This document shows positions 19,000 through 29,865 of a stretch of DNA of 52,734 bases, in pieces. The first letter of the stretch is position 1, and each line of letters starts with the position of its first letter. Both the position numbers and the translations under genes were made by a program. Origin of the DNA: a virus (taxonomy: Duplodnaviria > Caudoviricetes); the IMG/VR virus record IMGVR_UViG_3300033155_001357, positions 1-52,734 of that record; one strand, given 5' to 3'. A model generated the notes under the pieces. That model had not been told where the DNA came from. It did not search any database and was given only the letters and a program-made list of their open reading frames with translations.

Positions 19000-21674
19000 T
19001 TGAACTCCTTAAGTTGCTTCTTCAGTGCAGTTCTTTCTCCACAACAGGAGAATACGCCAAACTGCCACTGATTTCCTTCTTCTGATATGGCTGTGAGTTT
19101 TACTTTGAAATCATTTCCGTGGATTTCAGACAAGTGTTCTGCAGCTTGATTGATAGTTGCTATTGGAACTGTAATTTTGATAGGACGGTTCCTATAGGCT
19201 CTGATACTTGGAAGCATCCTGACGCGAGAGACTCTGATTTTGATTACCTGATCGGTATCACTCTCAATGACTTCTACTTCTCCATCATAGTAGGCTGGGG
19301 TTTGGATATCTATTAACTCCTTTGCCTTCGCGTATGGACCAGAGAAGACTACTGATTGTATTGTACCAGTTTTGTCTTCTAGATCCACGTAGGCCATCTT
19401 TTGCTTAGCTTTCTTAGTAGTTATCTCCTTTATCACATTTGGAATTGCAACCAGAGTGACCCGTGCCTTAGGCTGGATCTTTTTCTCTCCCGCTAATTCT
19501 TTAATCTGTGCGATTGTGTATGAACCTTTTTCTTTTCTGTTATCCAATGGGTGTCCTGATACATAGTAGCCCATCAATTCTTTTTCATGACCTAGCAACT
19601 CTGGTTGTTCCATTTCCTGTGCTGGTGGTATGCATGGAAGTAGGGCTGGATCTGGTAGAGCTGGAAGCTTTAGTTTGTTTGGTTTCTTAAACGCTAGTGC
19701 TGGTGTTGGAGCCCAGACTTTGGCTTGTCTTCTTTCATACAAAGTCATCTCTTCCCAATCGTCTAGCTGTAGTTCTCTAGTGACCCACACTGCTAGTTTT
19801 TTTATATAAGTTGTGTCTTTAGCTACCCAGCGCTTGTGTTCTTCTTTGTGTCGCAAGACCTCATCTACTGCGTCTAACAATGATTGTCTGGTGTAATCAC
19901 CAAGACTATCGAATGCGCCTGCTAGCACTAGAGACTCTATCTTCTTGCGATTGATCTTGCTTAAATCTACACGCTCTGCAAAGTCAAGTATATCTTTGTA
20001 CAGCCCATTCTCTTCTCTTTCGGTTATGATCTCCTGTACTGGTTTACCAAGGTTTTTGATAGCACTCAAGCCAAATCTAATTGATTTTTCTCCTGCTACA
20101 GCAAAACTGTATTGTGATTCATTTACAGAAGGACCAAGTACTTCGATGTTCTTGTCCTTACAGTAGGCAATGTACTGGATGATCTTATCTACTTCATCTG
20201 AATCACTGATGAGACAGGAACACAAAAACTCTAGAGGATAGTGGGTCTTGAGGTAGGCCATCTGGTAGCCTATATACCCATAGCAAGCAGCATGTGCTTT
20301 GTTAAAGCCATAGCTAGCAAAGGACTCGATGTCTTCCCATACATTCTGTGCATCAGACTTAACGATGTCCTTTTCCATCATACCTTCGATGAACTTCCCA
20401 TGCTGGGCATCCATCTCTTTCTTCTTTTTCTTACCTACTGCTCTACGCATGAGGTCAGCTTCTGCAAGACTGTATCCTGCTAGCTGTCTACAAATCTCCA
20501 GGATTTGCTCCTGGAAAATGAGCATGCCATCAGTGACCTTCAGGATAGGTTCTAGTTCTGGAATGATGTAGTGTGGGTCTGCTTGTCCTGCCTGCACCTT
20601 TAGATAGTGCTGTAACATGGTGCTCTCTAGTGGACCAGGACGATAGATAGCTACAAGTAAAGCTAGGTCGTCTAGAGAACGTGGCTTGATTTGTACAACT
20701 AGGTCACGCATACCAGAGGAGCCCTCCAACTGGAAGACGCCTGTTACATCACCTGTTTGTAATTGGTCATATACTGCATCATCATCTACGGGGATCTGCA
20801 ACGGATCAATAGTGATACCATGGCGTTCCTTAATCAGGTCAGTGCATCTTTTTATTGTCGTTAGAGCACGCAGTCCCAAGAAGTCAAACTTGATGAGGCC
20901 ACATTCTTCAACGGTATTCATTTCGAACTGAGCAGTAGGTGCTTTATCCTTGCCTGGATAGAGAGGGATTGTTTGAGTAACAGGATCTGCAGAGATCACA
21001 ATACCACTGGCATGGGTACCGAATGAGCGCAGACGGTTCTCAATTTGCTCTGCCCACGTGAGAATCTGCTTCTCTTCACAGTCAGGACCGTTACGGAACG
21101 CACCTAGCCTCGGCACCTTCTCATAACATGTCTTGAGAGGCACTGGTTTCCCCGCTATGGGCTCCAGTGTCATTTTAGCTAGCTTGTCACCTGCTAACCA
21201 ACTAAAGCCTAGAACGTTGGCTGCGGCCCTTATAGAGGCCTTGGCTTTCATTGATCCATAGGTACCAATGTGGGCTACCTTGTCGTGTCCATACTTATCC
21301 TTGGCATACCCAATAACTTCACCTCTGCGGTCTTCGCAGAAGTCCATGTCGATGTCTGGCATGGAGACTCTGTCAGGATTGAGGAATCTTTCAAAGATAA
21401 GGCCGTGTTCAATCGGATCCAGGTGCGTAATCTCCAGCACATACGCCACCAGAGCACCAGCAGCAGATCCTCTGCCTGGTCCAACAGGAATCTCGTTAGC
21501 CAGCGTCCAAGTAAGTAGATCCGAGACAACAAGAAAGTAGCCGCAGTATCCCATTGTGGTGATAACGCTAATTTCATACTTTAACCTTTTTTGATACTCA
21601 GACTTGTCTGTCAGGCCTCTCTTCTCTAGGCCCTTCTGACATCTATACTGGAAATAAAGTTCAAGCTCAGTCAT
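18996..21674 (-). CDS. dnaE: DNA polymerase III alpha subunit, polymerase (C-terminal) part
   Basis: GPGRGSAAG, FERFLNPDRVSMPDIDMDF, HASG, KFDFLGL, YGFNKAH, IRFGLSAIK, OB fold. Confidence 0.95.
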   Translation of the reverse strand: MTELELYFQYRCQKGLEKRGLTDKSEYQKRLKYEISVITTMGYCGYFLVVSDLLTWTLANEIPVGPGRGSAAGALVAYVLEITHLDPIEHGLIFERFLNPDRVSMPDIDMDFCEDRRGEVIGYAKDKYGHDKVAHIGTYGSMKAKASIRAAANVLGFSWLAGDKLAKMTLEPIAGKPVPLKTCYEKVPRLGAFRNGPDCEEKQILTWAEQIENRLRSFGTHASGIVISADPVTQTIPLYPGKDKAPTAQFEMNTVEECGLIKFDFLGLRALTTIKRCTDLIKERHGITIDPLQIPVDDDAVYDQLQTGDVTGVFQLEGSSGMRDLVVQIKPRSLDDLALLVAIYRPGPLESTMLQHYLKVQAGQADPHYIIPELEPILKVTDGMLIFQEQILEICRQLAGYSLAEADLMRRAVGKKKKKEMDAQHGKFIEGMMEKDIVKSDAQNVWEDIESFASYGFNKAHAACYGYIGYQMAYLKTHYPLEFLCSCLISDSDEVDKIIQYIAYCKDKNIEVLGPSVNESQYSFAVAGEKSIRFGLSAIKNLGKPVQEIITEREENGLYKDILDFAERVDLSKINRKKIESLVLAGAFDSLGDYTRQSLLDAVDEVLRHKEEHKRWVAKDTTYIKKLAVWVTRELQLDDWEEMTLYERRQAKVWAPTPALAFKKPNKLKLPALPDPALLPCIPPAQEMEQPELLGHEKELMGYYVSGHPLDNRKEKGSYTIAQIKELAGEKKIQPKARVTLVAIPNVIKEITTKKAKQKMAYVDLEDKTGTIQSVVFSGPYAKAKELIDIQTPAYYDGEVEVIESDTDQVIKIRVSRVRMLPSIRAYRNRPIKITVPIATINQAAEHLSEIHGNDFKVKLTAISEEGNQWQFGVFSCCGERTALKKQLKEFK

Positions 21675-21840
21675 TCTTTTCCGTTTCTAATTGTTCAGCA
21701 GGGTCATCACCCAGGAGTTTATCAATGTGAGCAAGCATTCTTATGCGTTCTGTGGCTTGAAAGATATAGGAAGTCATCTTTTTGCCATGTTGGACAGTAA
21801 GTAGAAAGCCGTTCTTTACTTTGTATATGATAAATTTCAT
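21667..21840 (-). CDS. Small hypothetical protein (57 aa)
   Basis: MKFIIYKVKNGFLLTV...; overlaps both neighbours. Confidence 0.55.
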   Translation of the reverse strand: MKFIIYKVKNGFLLTVQHGKKMTSYIFQATERIRMLAHIDKLLGDDPAEQLETEKND

Positions 21841-22226
21841 GTCAGTTTGTCTTCATGCCAGGCAAAGTTCTTTCCTTCTGTTACCCCAAGTACTGCTGAG
21901 TTAACTCTTGCCCAACCCCATACTTGAGGAATAAGAATCTTGCGGCCAGCAGGGTTAGCATAACCATGTATGTCAGGCCCTACTTCACACACTAGGATTT
22001 TCTCCTGTGGTAGTGGTCCAATCTTGTGCGCTAATTCATCTCTGAACTTTTCTCTCATGAGTACTACATGATCAGCCCAGTGAACTAACAGGAGTAATGT
22101 TGCTGCACTGTTGTTAGACACTCCACATGGAATAGCATCTGCTGGTGGGAAGTGGAACTTGAGGACATCAGCTAAAGCTAGACTACGTGATAGTCCTGCT
22201 CTACACATAGTTAGGATTCTACTCAT
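21837..22226 (-). CDS. Low-molecular-weight phosphatase-like protein
   Basis: N-terminal ILTMCRAGLSRS (CX5RS), WADHVVLM, GPD. Confidence 0.7.
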   Translation of the reverse strand: MSRILTMCRAGLSRSLALADVLKFHFPPADAIPCGVSNNSAATLLLLVHWADHVVLMREKFRDELAHKIGPLPQEKILVCEVGPDIHGYANPAGRKILIPQVWGWARVNSAVLGVTEGKNFAWHEDKLT

Positions 22227-22888
22227 TTGTACACTCCTGGTGAGAAGCACTTCTTACACTTTTCACATGCGTTCTCCATTGCCATACGTCCTGAGTCTAC
22301 TGGACAGCATCGCTTAGCATCATATGGTAACTTACCCTTCATGCTGTGGGCATCGAAGATAATGGGTGCGCCTAGTGTGTCCTCGTCTGCAGTCTGACGT
22401 AGGTAAGAATAGTAGACACGTGGATGGTTTACTTTGTCTACCAACTTCTTCCGCCTTTTACTTTCTGGATCTCCGTCTAGTGAGAACATGATATACACAT
22501 TAGGCATGTCACGTGCAAGTTGCTTTATTGCATCCACTCTACGTGTTACTACCTTGTGACGTGTATCTGGATATTTGGTGCCAAGGATATTAATCACCTT
22601 GACTGTCTTTGGATCTATATCACCAACACCACACCAGCGTAGCCATGTAAGGTTCTTCCTTCTGTATCCTTCAGCTATCACGCGGGCGATCTCTTCTGGT
22701 TTTGCATTCTGGAATACAGAATAGACCTTCTGTTGCCGGGCAAGTGAGGACTTCATGACAAGTCTGCCATGGCGTCCATAGCAAAGTCCGAAACAAGTTT
22801 TGGTAGGTTTACAGGTATGTTCGATTGGAAAGTTGATAGACCAGCGGGTCTTATAGTTGCTACTGACTAGGTGTAGTCTCTTCTCCAT
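22223..22888 (-). CDS. Phage gp88-like Cys-rich (radical-SAM-like) protein
   Basis: TCKPTKTCFGLCY, LRWCGVGD, NVYIMFSLD, CP..CEKCKKC. Confidence 0.65.
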   Translation of the reverse strand: MEKRLHLVSSNYKTRWSINFPIEHTCKPTKTCFGLCYGRHGRLVMKSSLARQQKVYSVFQNAKPEEIARVIAEGYRRKNLTWLRWCGVGDIDPKTVKVINILGTKYPDTRHKVVTRRVDAIKQLARDMPNVYIMFSLDGDPESKRRKKLVDKVNHPRVYYSYLRQTADEDTLGAPIIFDAHSMKGKLPYDAKRCCPVDSGRMAMENACEKCKKCFSPGVYK

Positions 22889-23183
22889 TTTCATCCTCTT
22901 CTTCTGGTAGTAGTTCTGGGCGGGGTTCTACTCTTACAAACTCTTTAATCTTTTCTTGAAGGGAACCTGTTGGACCAACACCTGCTTGTAAAGTCTTATG
23001 CAATAAGGTCCAGGGAGGGCGAACACGTTGAACTTTTCCATCGTCATCACAGATGATCTCTTCAGCTGCGATTGAGTAATAATCGCCTTCGTATTCTCCA
23101 AGCATCATACATACTGATTCAATATGTTCTTCCCACAGTTTTTGGTCCCATTCATAAGTTTGTTCGTAATCACTTATTAACAT
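22860..23183 (-). CDS. Hypothetical acidic protein
   Basis: ORF track, operon packing. Confidence 0.55.
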   Translation of the reverse strand: MLISDYEQTYEWDQKLWEEHIESVCMMLGEYEGDYYSIAAEEIICDDDGKVQRVRPPWTLLHKTLQAGVGPTGSLQEKIKEFVRVEPRPELLPEEEDENGEETTPSQ

Positions 23184-24126
23184 TCTTTCTCCATTCTAGG
23201 AATTCTTGATAGTCATCTGTTTCCTCAATTGAGAAAACTGGCTCTTGATATTCACCAAGAGTAATCTCTACATTGCAAGCATCAGCTATCTTTTGGGTGT
23301 TTTCATACGCTTCTATACAGTCAATTTCTTTAGCTCTTCTCATCATCTCTTCTGGTCCTGCCACATAAAAGTGAGGACCATACAACATATTTGCATTGGC
23401 TTTGTATTCTAGTAGTGTCTTCTTGAACTGCATAGCCATCAGTACTTCATGAAGTTTAGAGTCTTCTTGTTTTAGATAGTGAGCATCAGCTGCTAGCACG
23501 AATTGGAATCCGTGGTTCTTGCCCAGGTTGAGCAGAAACTGATTGTAGACTTGCTGATAGTTATCGTCATCATTCCAAACTTGTAGTTCTAGATAGAAGT
23601 CTTCATCAAAAATGCTGCGGTAATACTCTGCGTCTTTTTGTGCACCATCATCTTCTGCCACTACAGCACAGCCATACATATCAGTAGTGAAGTGGACTTT
23701 TTTGGCTAATACGCCACCTAAGCAGGCAGTTGTTGCTACTACGTGGCCTTTTAATTTTTCTAGATGGTTCTTATAAATACGAGGTTTGTAGTAGAAGTTG
23801 TTGAGTGCGGCCTTGCTAATAAGATCTAACAATAGCTTGTAGCCTTCGTTGTCTTTAGCTAACAACACCATATGCATGTTGTCGCGCGTCTTATGCTCTA
23901 ATCCATCTGGGTCTTCTGTGATGTATGCTTCAACACCCAGGATAGGTTTGATTTTCTCTTCTCTACACTTCTTATAGAAGTCTACTACGCCTGCCATCCA
24001 GCCATGATCTGTGATGGCACAGGATGTCATACCCATTTCCTTGAGGTAAGTAATGAGGTCAGGGATAAGGATAGCCCCGTCTAGTAGTGAGTATTGACTA
24101 TGAAGATGGAGGTGAGTGAAGTTCAT
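23170..24126 (-). CDS. dnaE: DNA polymerase III alpha subunit, N-terminal PHP domain as a separate gene
   Basis: FTHLHLHSQYSLLDGA, AITDHG, KPILGVEAY, TACLGG, FYLELQ, DAHY, ENTQKIADACNV. Confidence 0.93.
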   Translation of the reverse strand: MNFTHLHLHSQYSLLDGAILIPDLITYLKEMGMTSCAITDHGWMAGVVDFYKKCREEKIKPILGVEAYITEDPDGLEHKTRDNMHMVLLAKDNEGYKLLLDLISKAALNNFYYKPRIYKNHLEKLKGHVVATTACLGGVLAKKVHFTTDMYGCAVVAEDDGAQKDAEYYRSIFDEDFYLELQVWNDDDNYQQVYNQFLLNLGKNHGFQFVLAADAHYLKQEDSKLHEVLMAMQFKKTLLEYKANANMLYGPHFYVAGPEEMMRRAKEIDCIEAYENTQKIADACNVEITLGEYQEPVFSIEETDDYQEFLEWRKNVNK

Positions 24127-24353
24127 TAGAGAGCTAACTCTGAATGGCGTTCTGTAACAAACTTTTTGATATCACTAATGCGTACTAGTATCACATTTTT
24201 ATCTGTAGTGATTTTCATAAGTTGGTCATAACCTTCTAATTCATAGTTGCTACTTTGAAGAGATAGCAATGCTTCTTCAGGTGAAGTTTTGTCTGTTTCA
24301 ATTTTAACAACTGCGCCATCTTCCATATGTACTAATACATCATATGTTGCCAT
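24126..24353 (-). CDS. Hypothetical protein
   Basis: AGGAG RBS; ORF track. Confidence 0.6.
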   Translation of the reverse strand: MATYDVLVHMEDGAVVKIETDKTSPEEALLSLQSSNYELEGYDQLMKITTDKNVILVRISDIKKFVTERHSELAL

Positions 24354-24468
24354 TGTTTTCTCCTACATAGTAGTGAATGCTACGATTAGACCGACAACTG
24401 CTGTTGTGAAAACAGTAGCTCCGATAAATAGTGTTGGCTTATCGATTTTATACATCATCTTGAAAAAA

Positions 24469-24958
24469 TCAAGCATCATTCATCTCCTTTAGTGTGTGTT
24501 TCAACATCCCAACTGTTTGTATGATGTCATTCATTGCATCATGTGCCTCTAGAGGCCAGATCTACGTTATGATAGTCAAACGGCCACTTCTTTCCTACTG
24601 TAGCAAACGCTGACTCCAGAAAGTTCATGTCAAATTTTGTGTTCTGTCCAAAGATAGTGATCTCTTTACGGTCACCATTGAGTAGTCCGGTATGTTTCTT
24701 CACAAATCTCAACAGCTTGTCAATCACTTTCTCTAGTGATGGTGCTGTCTCCAAACTCTCGGGTGTAATCCCTGTGTACTCAAAGACATTGAACCCATCT
24801 TGGATTCCTCTTTCTGGATGATCTATTCTCACCAAACTTTTGAAGTGATCGATGTGACCAAGGTTGTGGTCAAGTAGAATAATACCAACCTGTGTAATCT
24901 CATTCCAATCTGGGTCTAAACCTGTAGTTTCCAGATCAACTGCTAGTAGGTACTTCAT
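24469..24958 (-). pseudogene. DnaQ-like DEDDh exonuclease with internal deletion/frameshift
   Basis: VDLETTG and GQNTKFD in one frame ending at 24539; ExoIII motif AHDAMND in another frame directly after. Confidence 0.7.
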
Positions 24959-26003
24959 CAGGAACTTCCTCTGGTTCTGGCTCTGGAGGTGGTGGAGGGT
25001 TAAGAATAAGCTCTCGTAGTTCATCAACTAGCTTTTCGTCTTTAGCGAGGTTGGCTGCTGTGTTGGCAGCACCTTGGCCTAGACGTTCACCCTTGTATGA
25101 AAACCATGCGCCTGATTTATCTACTAGTCCAAGAAAGACAGAGATGTCTAACAGGTCGCTAGCCCAGTCGATACCTTCACCGAAGATGATGTTAAGTTCT
25201 ACTGTCTTAAAAGGTGGGCCGATTTTGTTCTTCACTACCTTCACGCGTGTACGGATACCGTATTTGTCGTCATCTTTACCAAGGACACCAATACGTCTGA
25301 TGTCTAGACGTTGTGAGGCATAGAACTTGAGGGCATTACCACCAGAGGTTGTCTCTGGACTACCAAACATTACGCCAATCTTCATACGGATCTGATTGAT
25401 GAAGATAACACAGGTGTCTGTGTTGTGTGCTGGACCTACTAGCATACGCATTGCTTGACTCATGATACGGGCTTGAAGGCCTACATTAGCGTCACCAATC
25501 TCACCCTCAATTTCTTTACGAGGAGTTAGGGCTGACACAGAGTCGATAACAATGAGTTCAACAGCGCCTGATCTAGTTAGTGTCTCTGCTACATTCAGAG
25601 CATCCTCTCCACTATCGGGTTGGCTGATAAGTAGTGACTCTACGTCCACACCTAATGCTGCTGCGTAGTACACATCTAGTGCATGTTCTGCATCAATGAA
25701 AGCACAGGTACCACCTGCTTTTTGACATTCAGCTATAACATGAAGAGCGAGCGTGGTTTTACCAGAGGACTCGGGGCCGTAGATTTCTACAATCCGTCCT
25801 CTACCTATGCCGCCATTGAGCGCCTTGTCTAGACCAATAGAGCCTGACCTAATTCTTCCTACTTCTGGGAATGACTTAGAGTTACCAGTCATCAAGATCC
25901 CTTTGCCGAACTGTTTTTCAAGAGTCAACACAGCTGCTTCGAGAGCTTGTTCTTTGTGTTTGCCATCACCGATGGTCTTCTGGTCTTTCTTTGCTTTAGC
26001 CAT
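24936..26003 (-). CDS. recA: Recombinase RecA
   Basis: [55 protein letters not shown]. Confidence 0.98.
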   Translation of the reverse strand: MAKAKKDQKTIGDGKHKEQALEAAVLTLEKQFGKGILMTGNSKSFPEVGRIRSGSIGLDKALNGGIGRGRIVEIYGPESSGKTTLALHVIAECQKAGGTCAFIDAEHALDVYYAAALGVDVESLLISQPDSGEDALNVAETLTRSGAVELIVIDSVSALTPRKEIEGEIGDANVGLQARIMSQAMRMLVGPAHNTDTCVIFINQIRMKIGVMFGSPETTSGGNALKFYASQRLDIRRIGVLGKDDDKYGIRTRVKVVKNKIGPPFKTVELNIIFGEGIDWASDLLDISVFLGLVDKSGAWFSYKGERLGQGAANTAANLAKDEKLVDELRELILNPPPPPEPEPEEVPDEVPTSS

Positions 26004-26623
26004 TACTTATCCTTGAGTTTAAATCCGTCACAATCTTGGCCTTGATCTAACAATACGCTATGTCCAAATTCTGGGCAGTTATGATATACCTCGTCGATGT
26101 CGGTTTGATGTGTTCTAACATGTTCACACATTCCACAGCATTGAGAAGGTTGTTTTATATCCTCCGAAGCCCACCGGCCTATTTGTCTCCACATCTCAGG
26201 GTCTGCATCTGTGGGCATATAGCTAGGCATGTCATCAAGCTCTTTAGGTAGGAGTCCACGCTTGATCATCTCTTCAGTATGTAGAAGTGCCAGAAGGTTC
26301 CATGCTGCTTGGGCAAGGTGGTCCTCATCTTCGAGACCTTCCTGGTACTGATCAATGTGTCTTTTCGCACTGTCGAGGAAACGTGAGAGGGGTAATCCTT
26401 TCTCCCAGTTTCTGTCGTCGTATTTGATCGCACCTTTTCTAAATATTTCAGCCACTCTTCTGATTGCTGTGATAGGGAGGAGGTCATAGCGTCCTTTGCC
26501 ATCTGTTGCTGACTGGTCTTCTTTTTGTGCTCCAGTTGTGTACGTCTTACGTGTGCCACCATCTTGTAGCTCACCCTTACGACGCGCGTTATCGCGAGCG
26601 CCGTCAGTGATGCCATCACTCAT
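26003..26623 (-). CDS. dATP/dGTP diphosphohydrolase-domain (DUF5664-like) protein
   Basis: [38 protein letters not shown]. Confidence 0.8.
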   Translation of the reverse strand: MSDGITDGARDNARRKGELQDGGTRKTYTTGAQKEDQSATDGKGRYDLLPITAIRRVAEIFRKGAIKYDDRNWEKGLPLSRFLDSAKRHIDQYQEGLEDEDHLAQAAWNLLALLHTEEMIKRGLLPKELDDMPSYMPTDADPEMWRQIGRWASEDIKQPSQCCGMCEHVRTHQTDIDEVYHNCPEFGHSVLLDQGQDCDGFKLKDK

Positions 26624-26635
26624 GACAATCTCCTA

Positions 26636-27133
26636 TTATAGATGTACTTGTTTTACATGTTTAATGAGGTCCTTCAGGCTAGTGAAGGTTTGGGTGAAGC
26701 AGGCTAGAAACCAACCGGGTACATCTACTGGCTTCAGAGATGTAACTAGATAAGCAGGCTTGCCAATTTCATACGCCTTACCTACTTCATGAATGGTACC
26801 TGCGGTTTGTTCTCCCTCCCAGCGCACAATAACAAGGTCTACTGTCTCAACGAATTCCAAGTCCATCCTGATGAACTCTCTAAGGATTTCGATGTACCTA
26901 GGTAGGTTGTGTTCTTTGAGCCAACCCATATCATTCTCTCTCTTGATGTTTTTCTCTTCATCGTTAGGAATGACACAGTTGATACCAATAGCTTTGAAAG
27001 CTCTTTCGTATGCTCGACGCCAATTTAATCCTTCGTTGTGAGCATACTCCATTGGTCCTGCGAGGTAGACGTTTTTAACTCCAGTCAAACTTGTGGCGAA
27101 AGTCTTTTTGTTGGTTGCTGAATTGTATTGCAT
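26636..27133 (-). CDS. Nucleoside 2-deoxyribosyltransferase/dNMP hydrolase-like protein
   Basis: VYLAGPM, WR, D....D, AGTIHE. Confidence 0.75.
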   Translation of the reverse strand: MQYNSATNKKTFATSLTGVKNVYLAGPMEYAHNEGLNWRRAYERAFKAIGINCVIPNDEEKNIKRENDMGWLKEHNLPRYIEILREFIRMDLEFVETVDLVIVRWEGEQTAGTIHEVGKAYEIGKPAYLVTSLKPVDVPGWFLACFTQTFTSLKDLIKHVKQVHL

Positions 27134-27437
27134 TTTGATCCCTTTTCTTCTTGGATTCCTGGATGCGTTTATCTTTAAGTTTGACGATTCTTTCCCGGAA
27201 CCACTCGACATCATAATCTAGTATGTCTAACAGGTCGCGTAACGACTTGTCTACACCACCATAATCTATTCTATAGTTGTCGTCAAACAAGAAATCACAG
27301 GCAGTTTCGTAATACTTTCGCTCAATTGGAGCGCTCGAACTTGATAGACTTAAGAAGTCTCTTACTGCCTGTTCAACTATCTTGAGAATGAGATGACGAC
27401 ACTCATCAATGTGCGGGAGCTGTTTGCTATTATCCAA
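27075..27437 (-). CDS. Hypothetical protein
   Basis: LILKIVEQAVRDF..A.DFLF helical phage-type protein. Confidence 0.55.
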   Translation of the reverse strand: MDNSKQLPHIDECRHLILKIVEQAVRDFLSLSSSSAPIERKYYETACDFLFDDNYRIDYGGVDKSLRDLLDILDYDVEWFRERIVKLKDKRIQESKKKRDQNAIQFSNQQKDFRHKFDWS

Positions 27438-27497
27438 TGCAGAAGCCTCTGCTCGGAATTATAGCGTAGTCTAGCTTACGAGGTCTATTGAAATCTT

Positions 27498-29360
27498 TTA
27501 AGTAATTTCACATGCCCCGCCGGAGCAGGCTACTTGCTCTTTCAATGTTGTGTTGTCTTCTTCCTCAAGCACCTTTTTGAGGTCGATTTCTTTGAGAAGC
27601 TTGAACATCTCTTGGTAGGTTTCTTTGTCAATTTCCTCGAAAGGTTTTTGTTTATAGTCTGTCGAATCATAAGGCAAAACTGTCAGACCGTTGTAGTGTT
27701 TGCGGTTTTCCCACATCCACTTACCAACCATGTCCCACTCATCTTCTTTTACACTAACTGTAGCAGATACGTTGTGAGTGTTTTCACCTGACTCATGACC
27801 TGGTTTGACCCATTCTATATTGAAACGCTTGATGCGTTCCAGGAGATCAGTGACTGGTTCACTACGGAATGTAGCTCCATCTGGTGCCTGGATAGGAACG
27901 GAAATAATAGATTGTGTTCCTGCTTTGAAGTAATCATCTTCTACTAACTTTGGAATTCTCTTCTTCATGTACTGGTAGATAGCTTCTGTTTTGAGTACAC
28001 GTATTCTTCTGATGTAGTAGGGTGAATGCCAACCATGGATACCACTAGAGGTTCCAAGAACACAAGATGACGTGCCCTCAGGCTTAATACATGTGGTTCG
28101 TGCTGCCGCAGAAACTCCAGCAAGGGCGGCTACTCGTTTATTCTCTTCAAGGACAATCTCTGCTGCTTCCTCTAGATCGCATTCAAATATGTTACCACTA
28201 GCAATGCCTGTCATACTTACACCTAGTAGAGATTCTTTCTCTGTAGATGTTTGCCAGCATTGTCTAAGGTAATGGAAGGCTGTATAAGAAGCTTGAAGAG
28301 TACCAATGAAGGCAGCAGCAGCGGCCCTCTTGTTCAGATCAGCTTGGTCAACTATGTCTGACACATTGATAGTAGTGAGGTTACAGAATTGATTCTTACG
28401 TAGAGCAATCTCTCCACATGGATTGCAACCCCATTCCTTATCGTTAGTGAAGTAGACACCTGGTTCACCACAGCCTGAAGCTTTTACTCTTTCCCATAAC
28501 TTCAAAAAGTGTTTCTTGGTGATACGATGTCGAAGTATAACGACAGAGTTGTTTGCTCTACCTCTCTGAGGATTTGATTCCCACCAGTTGCCATACTTGC
28601 ATGACATCATACTGTTGTCATTCATAGAGAAGAGAGAGATAAGCGCGGCTCGTCTTATCCCTCCTGCTAAGACACCGTCTGCAATATAGCAGATCATGTC
28701 ATGACACTCTAGAGATGTAAGCTGTTCTCCAGGCTCTTTACTATCAAAGATTTTTGTTAGGTTATGAATACAATCCTTGAGTGGTTGTGGTCCAGGAGCT
28801 TTTCCTCCACTAGTAACCAGAGGTGTACCCTTCTCTCTAATGTCTGAGAAGTCAAAGTCTGGTTTGGATAAACCAAAGAAGTAGGACTTTACTAATGTCT
28901 TTACAGCTTCAGCCCAACCTTCAATGGAGTCACCAATAAGAAAGCGCCGCTTTCTTTTTAGATGTGTCTTAATCTCTGGTAGTGCTTCTACATGGTGTTT
29001 CTGCACAGAGTATCCTACTCCGCTTCCACCTAGCAGAAGGAACATGATCTCAGAAAAGACCTCCCAATGATCTATCGCTGTAAAAGCACAGTTGTACTGT
29101 CGGTTAGGTGAGATCTCTATTGGCTTCCCGCCAAACTGTAGTGCCCTCATGGAAGGCAATACCTTTTTCTGATACACAAGTTCAAACACCTGTTCGATCT
29201 CATTCTTGAGGTCGGGGAACTTTTTAAGATGCATGTTCTTGTTGCGGGTGACCAGTTCTTTCCAGGTCTCACGTCGCTTCTCACTATGGAGATAGCGTGC
29301 GTATTTCATATACACAGTCAGGTCCGACAGAATGCTACTGGAAAGTTGCACGACTGTCAC
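27498..29360 (-). CDS. nrdJ: Class II (B12-dependent) ribonucleotide reductase
   Basis: RRETW, LPSMR, NCAF, GGIRRAA, GCNPCGEI, FCNL, TCIKPEGTSS, C-terminal ACSGGACE. Confidence 0.93.
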   Translation of the reverse strand: MTVVQLSSSILSDLTVYMKYARYLHSEKRRETWKELVTRNKNMHLKKFPDLKNEIEQVFELVYQKKVLPSMRALQFGGKPIEISPNRQYNCAFTAIDHWEVFSEIMFLLLGGSGVGYSVQKHHVEALPEIKTHLKRKRRFLIGDSIEGWAEAVKTLVKSYFFGLSKPDFDFSDIREKGTPLVTSGGKAPGPQPLKDCIHNLTKIFDSKEPGEQLTSLECHDMICYIADGVLAGGIRRAALISLFSMNDNSMMSCKYGNWWESNPQRGRANNSVVILRHRITKKHFLKLWERVKASGCGEPGVYFTNDKEWGCNPCGEIALRKNQFCNLTTINVSDIVDQADLNKRAAAAAFIGTLQASYTAFHYLRQCWQTSTEKESLLGVSMTGIASGNIFECDLEEAAEIVLEENKRVAALAGVSAAARTTCIKPEGTSSCVLGTSSGIHGWHSPYYIRRIRVLKTEAIYQYMKKRIPKLVEDDYFKAGTQSIISVPIQAPDGATFRSEPVTDLLERIKRFNIEWVKPGHESGENTHNVSATVSVKEDEWDMVGKWMWENRKHYNGLTVLPYDSTDYKQKPFEEIDKETYQEMFKLLKEIDLKKVLEEEDNTTLKEQVACSGGACEIT

Positions 29361-29369
29361 CTCAATTAT

Positions 29370-29777
29370 TTATTGCATCTTTGCTAGGAGAGAATCCTTG
29401 CTCTGTTGGGTCATCATGTTGAGCATAGCTTTCAGCATTTGCTGTATCTGCTCTAGACGTTGGTTGAGTAGAGGTGGGCCATAGCCTTGGTTGATATCCT
29501 TGGCAACCTCTAAACGATGCTCTGCATACTTGTGTAAACCAAGTAGCTGGACCAGACCAGGAGCATCACCTAGTACTTCGAATACAAAGCTACCATCTGG
29601 CTTTAGTCCTACAACATAGGCACAGCTCATCTCTGGTAGTGCCTTTGTTTCTACTTCACCAGGTTGCTCTGTTTCAATGGTAACCTCTTCTTCTACCTGT
29701 GGTTCAGGTTGAGCTGGTGCTGTTGGTTGTGGTGTTGAGTCTACTGGTTTTCCTTGTGCATCTACAATCTCAGACAT
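29370..29777 (-). CDS. Hypothetical protein
   Basis: GGAGG RBS before MSEIVDAQG. Confidence 0.6.
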   Translation of the reverse strand: MSEIVDAQGKPVDSTPQPTAPAQPEPQVEEEVTIETEQPGEVETKALPEMSCAYVVGLKPDGSFVFEVLGDAPGLVQLLGLHKYAEHRLEVAKDINQGYGPPLLNQRLEQIQQMLKAMLNMMTQQSKDSLLAKMQ

Positions 29778-29865
29778 TGTATCCTCCAAATTAAGTTCTT
29801 TGATAATAGTTGTTAGACGTTCTCCGCTAACGCTGAGTTCGTCTTCTATATTAACCATGTATCAC

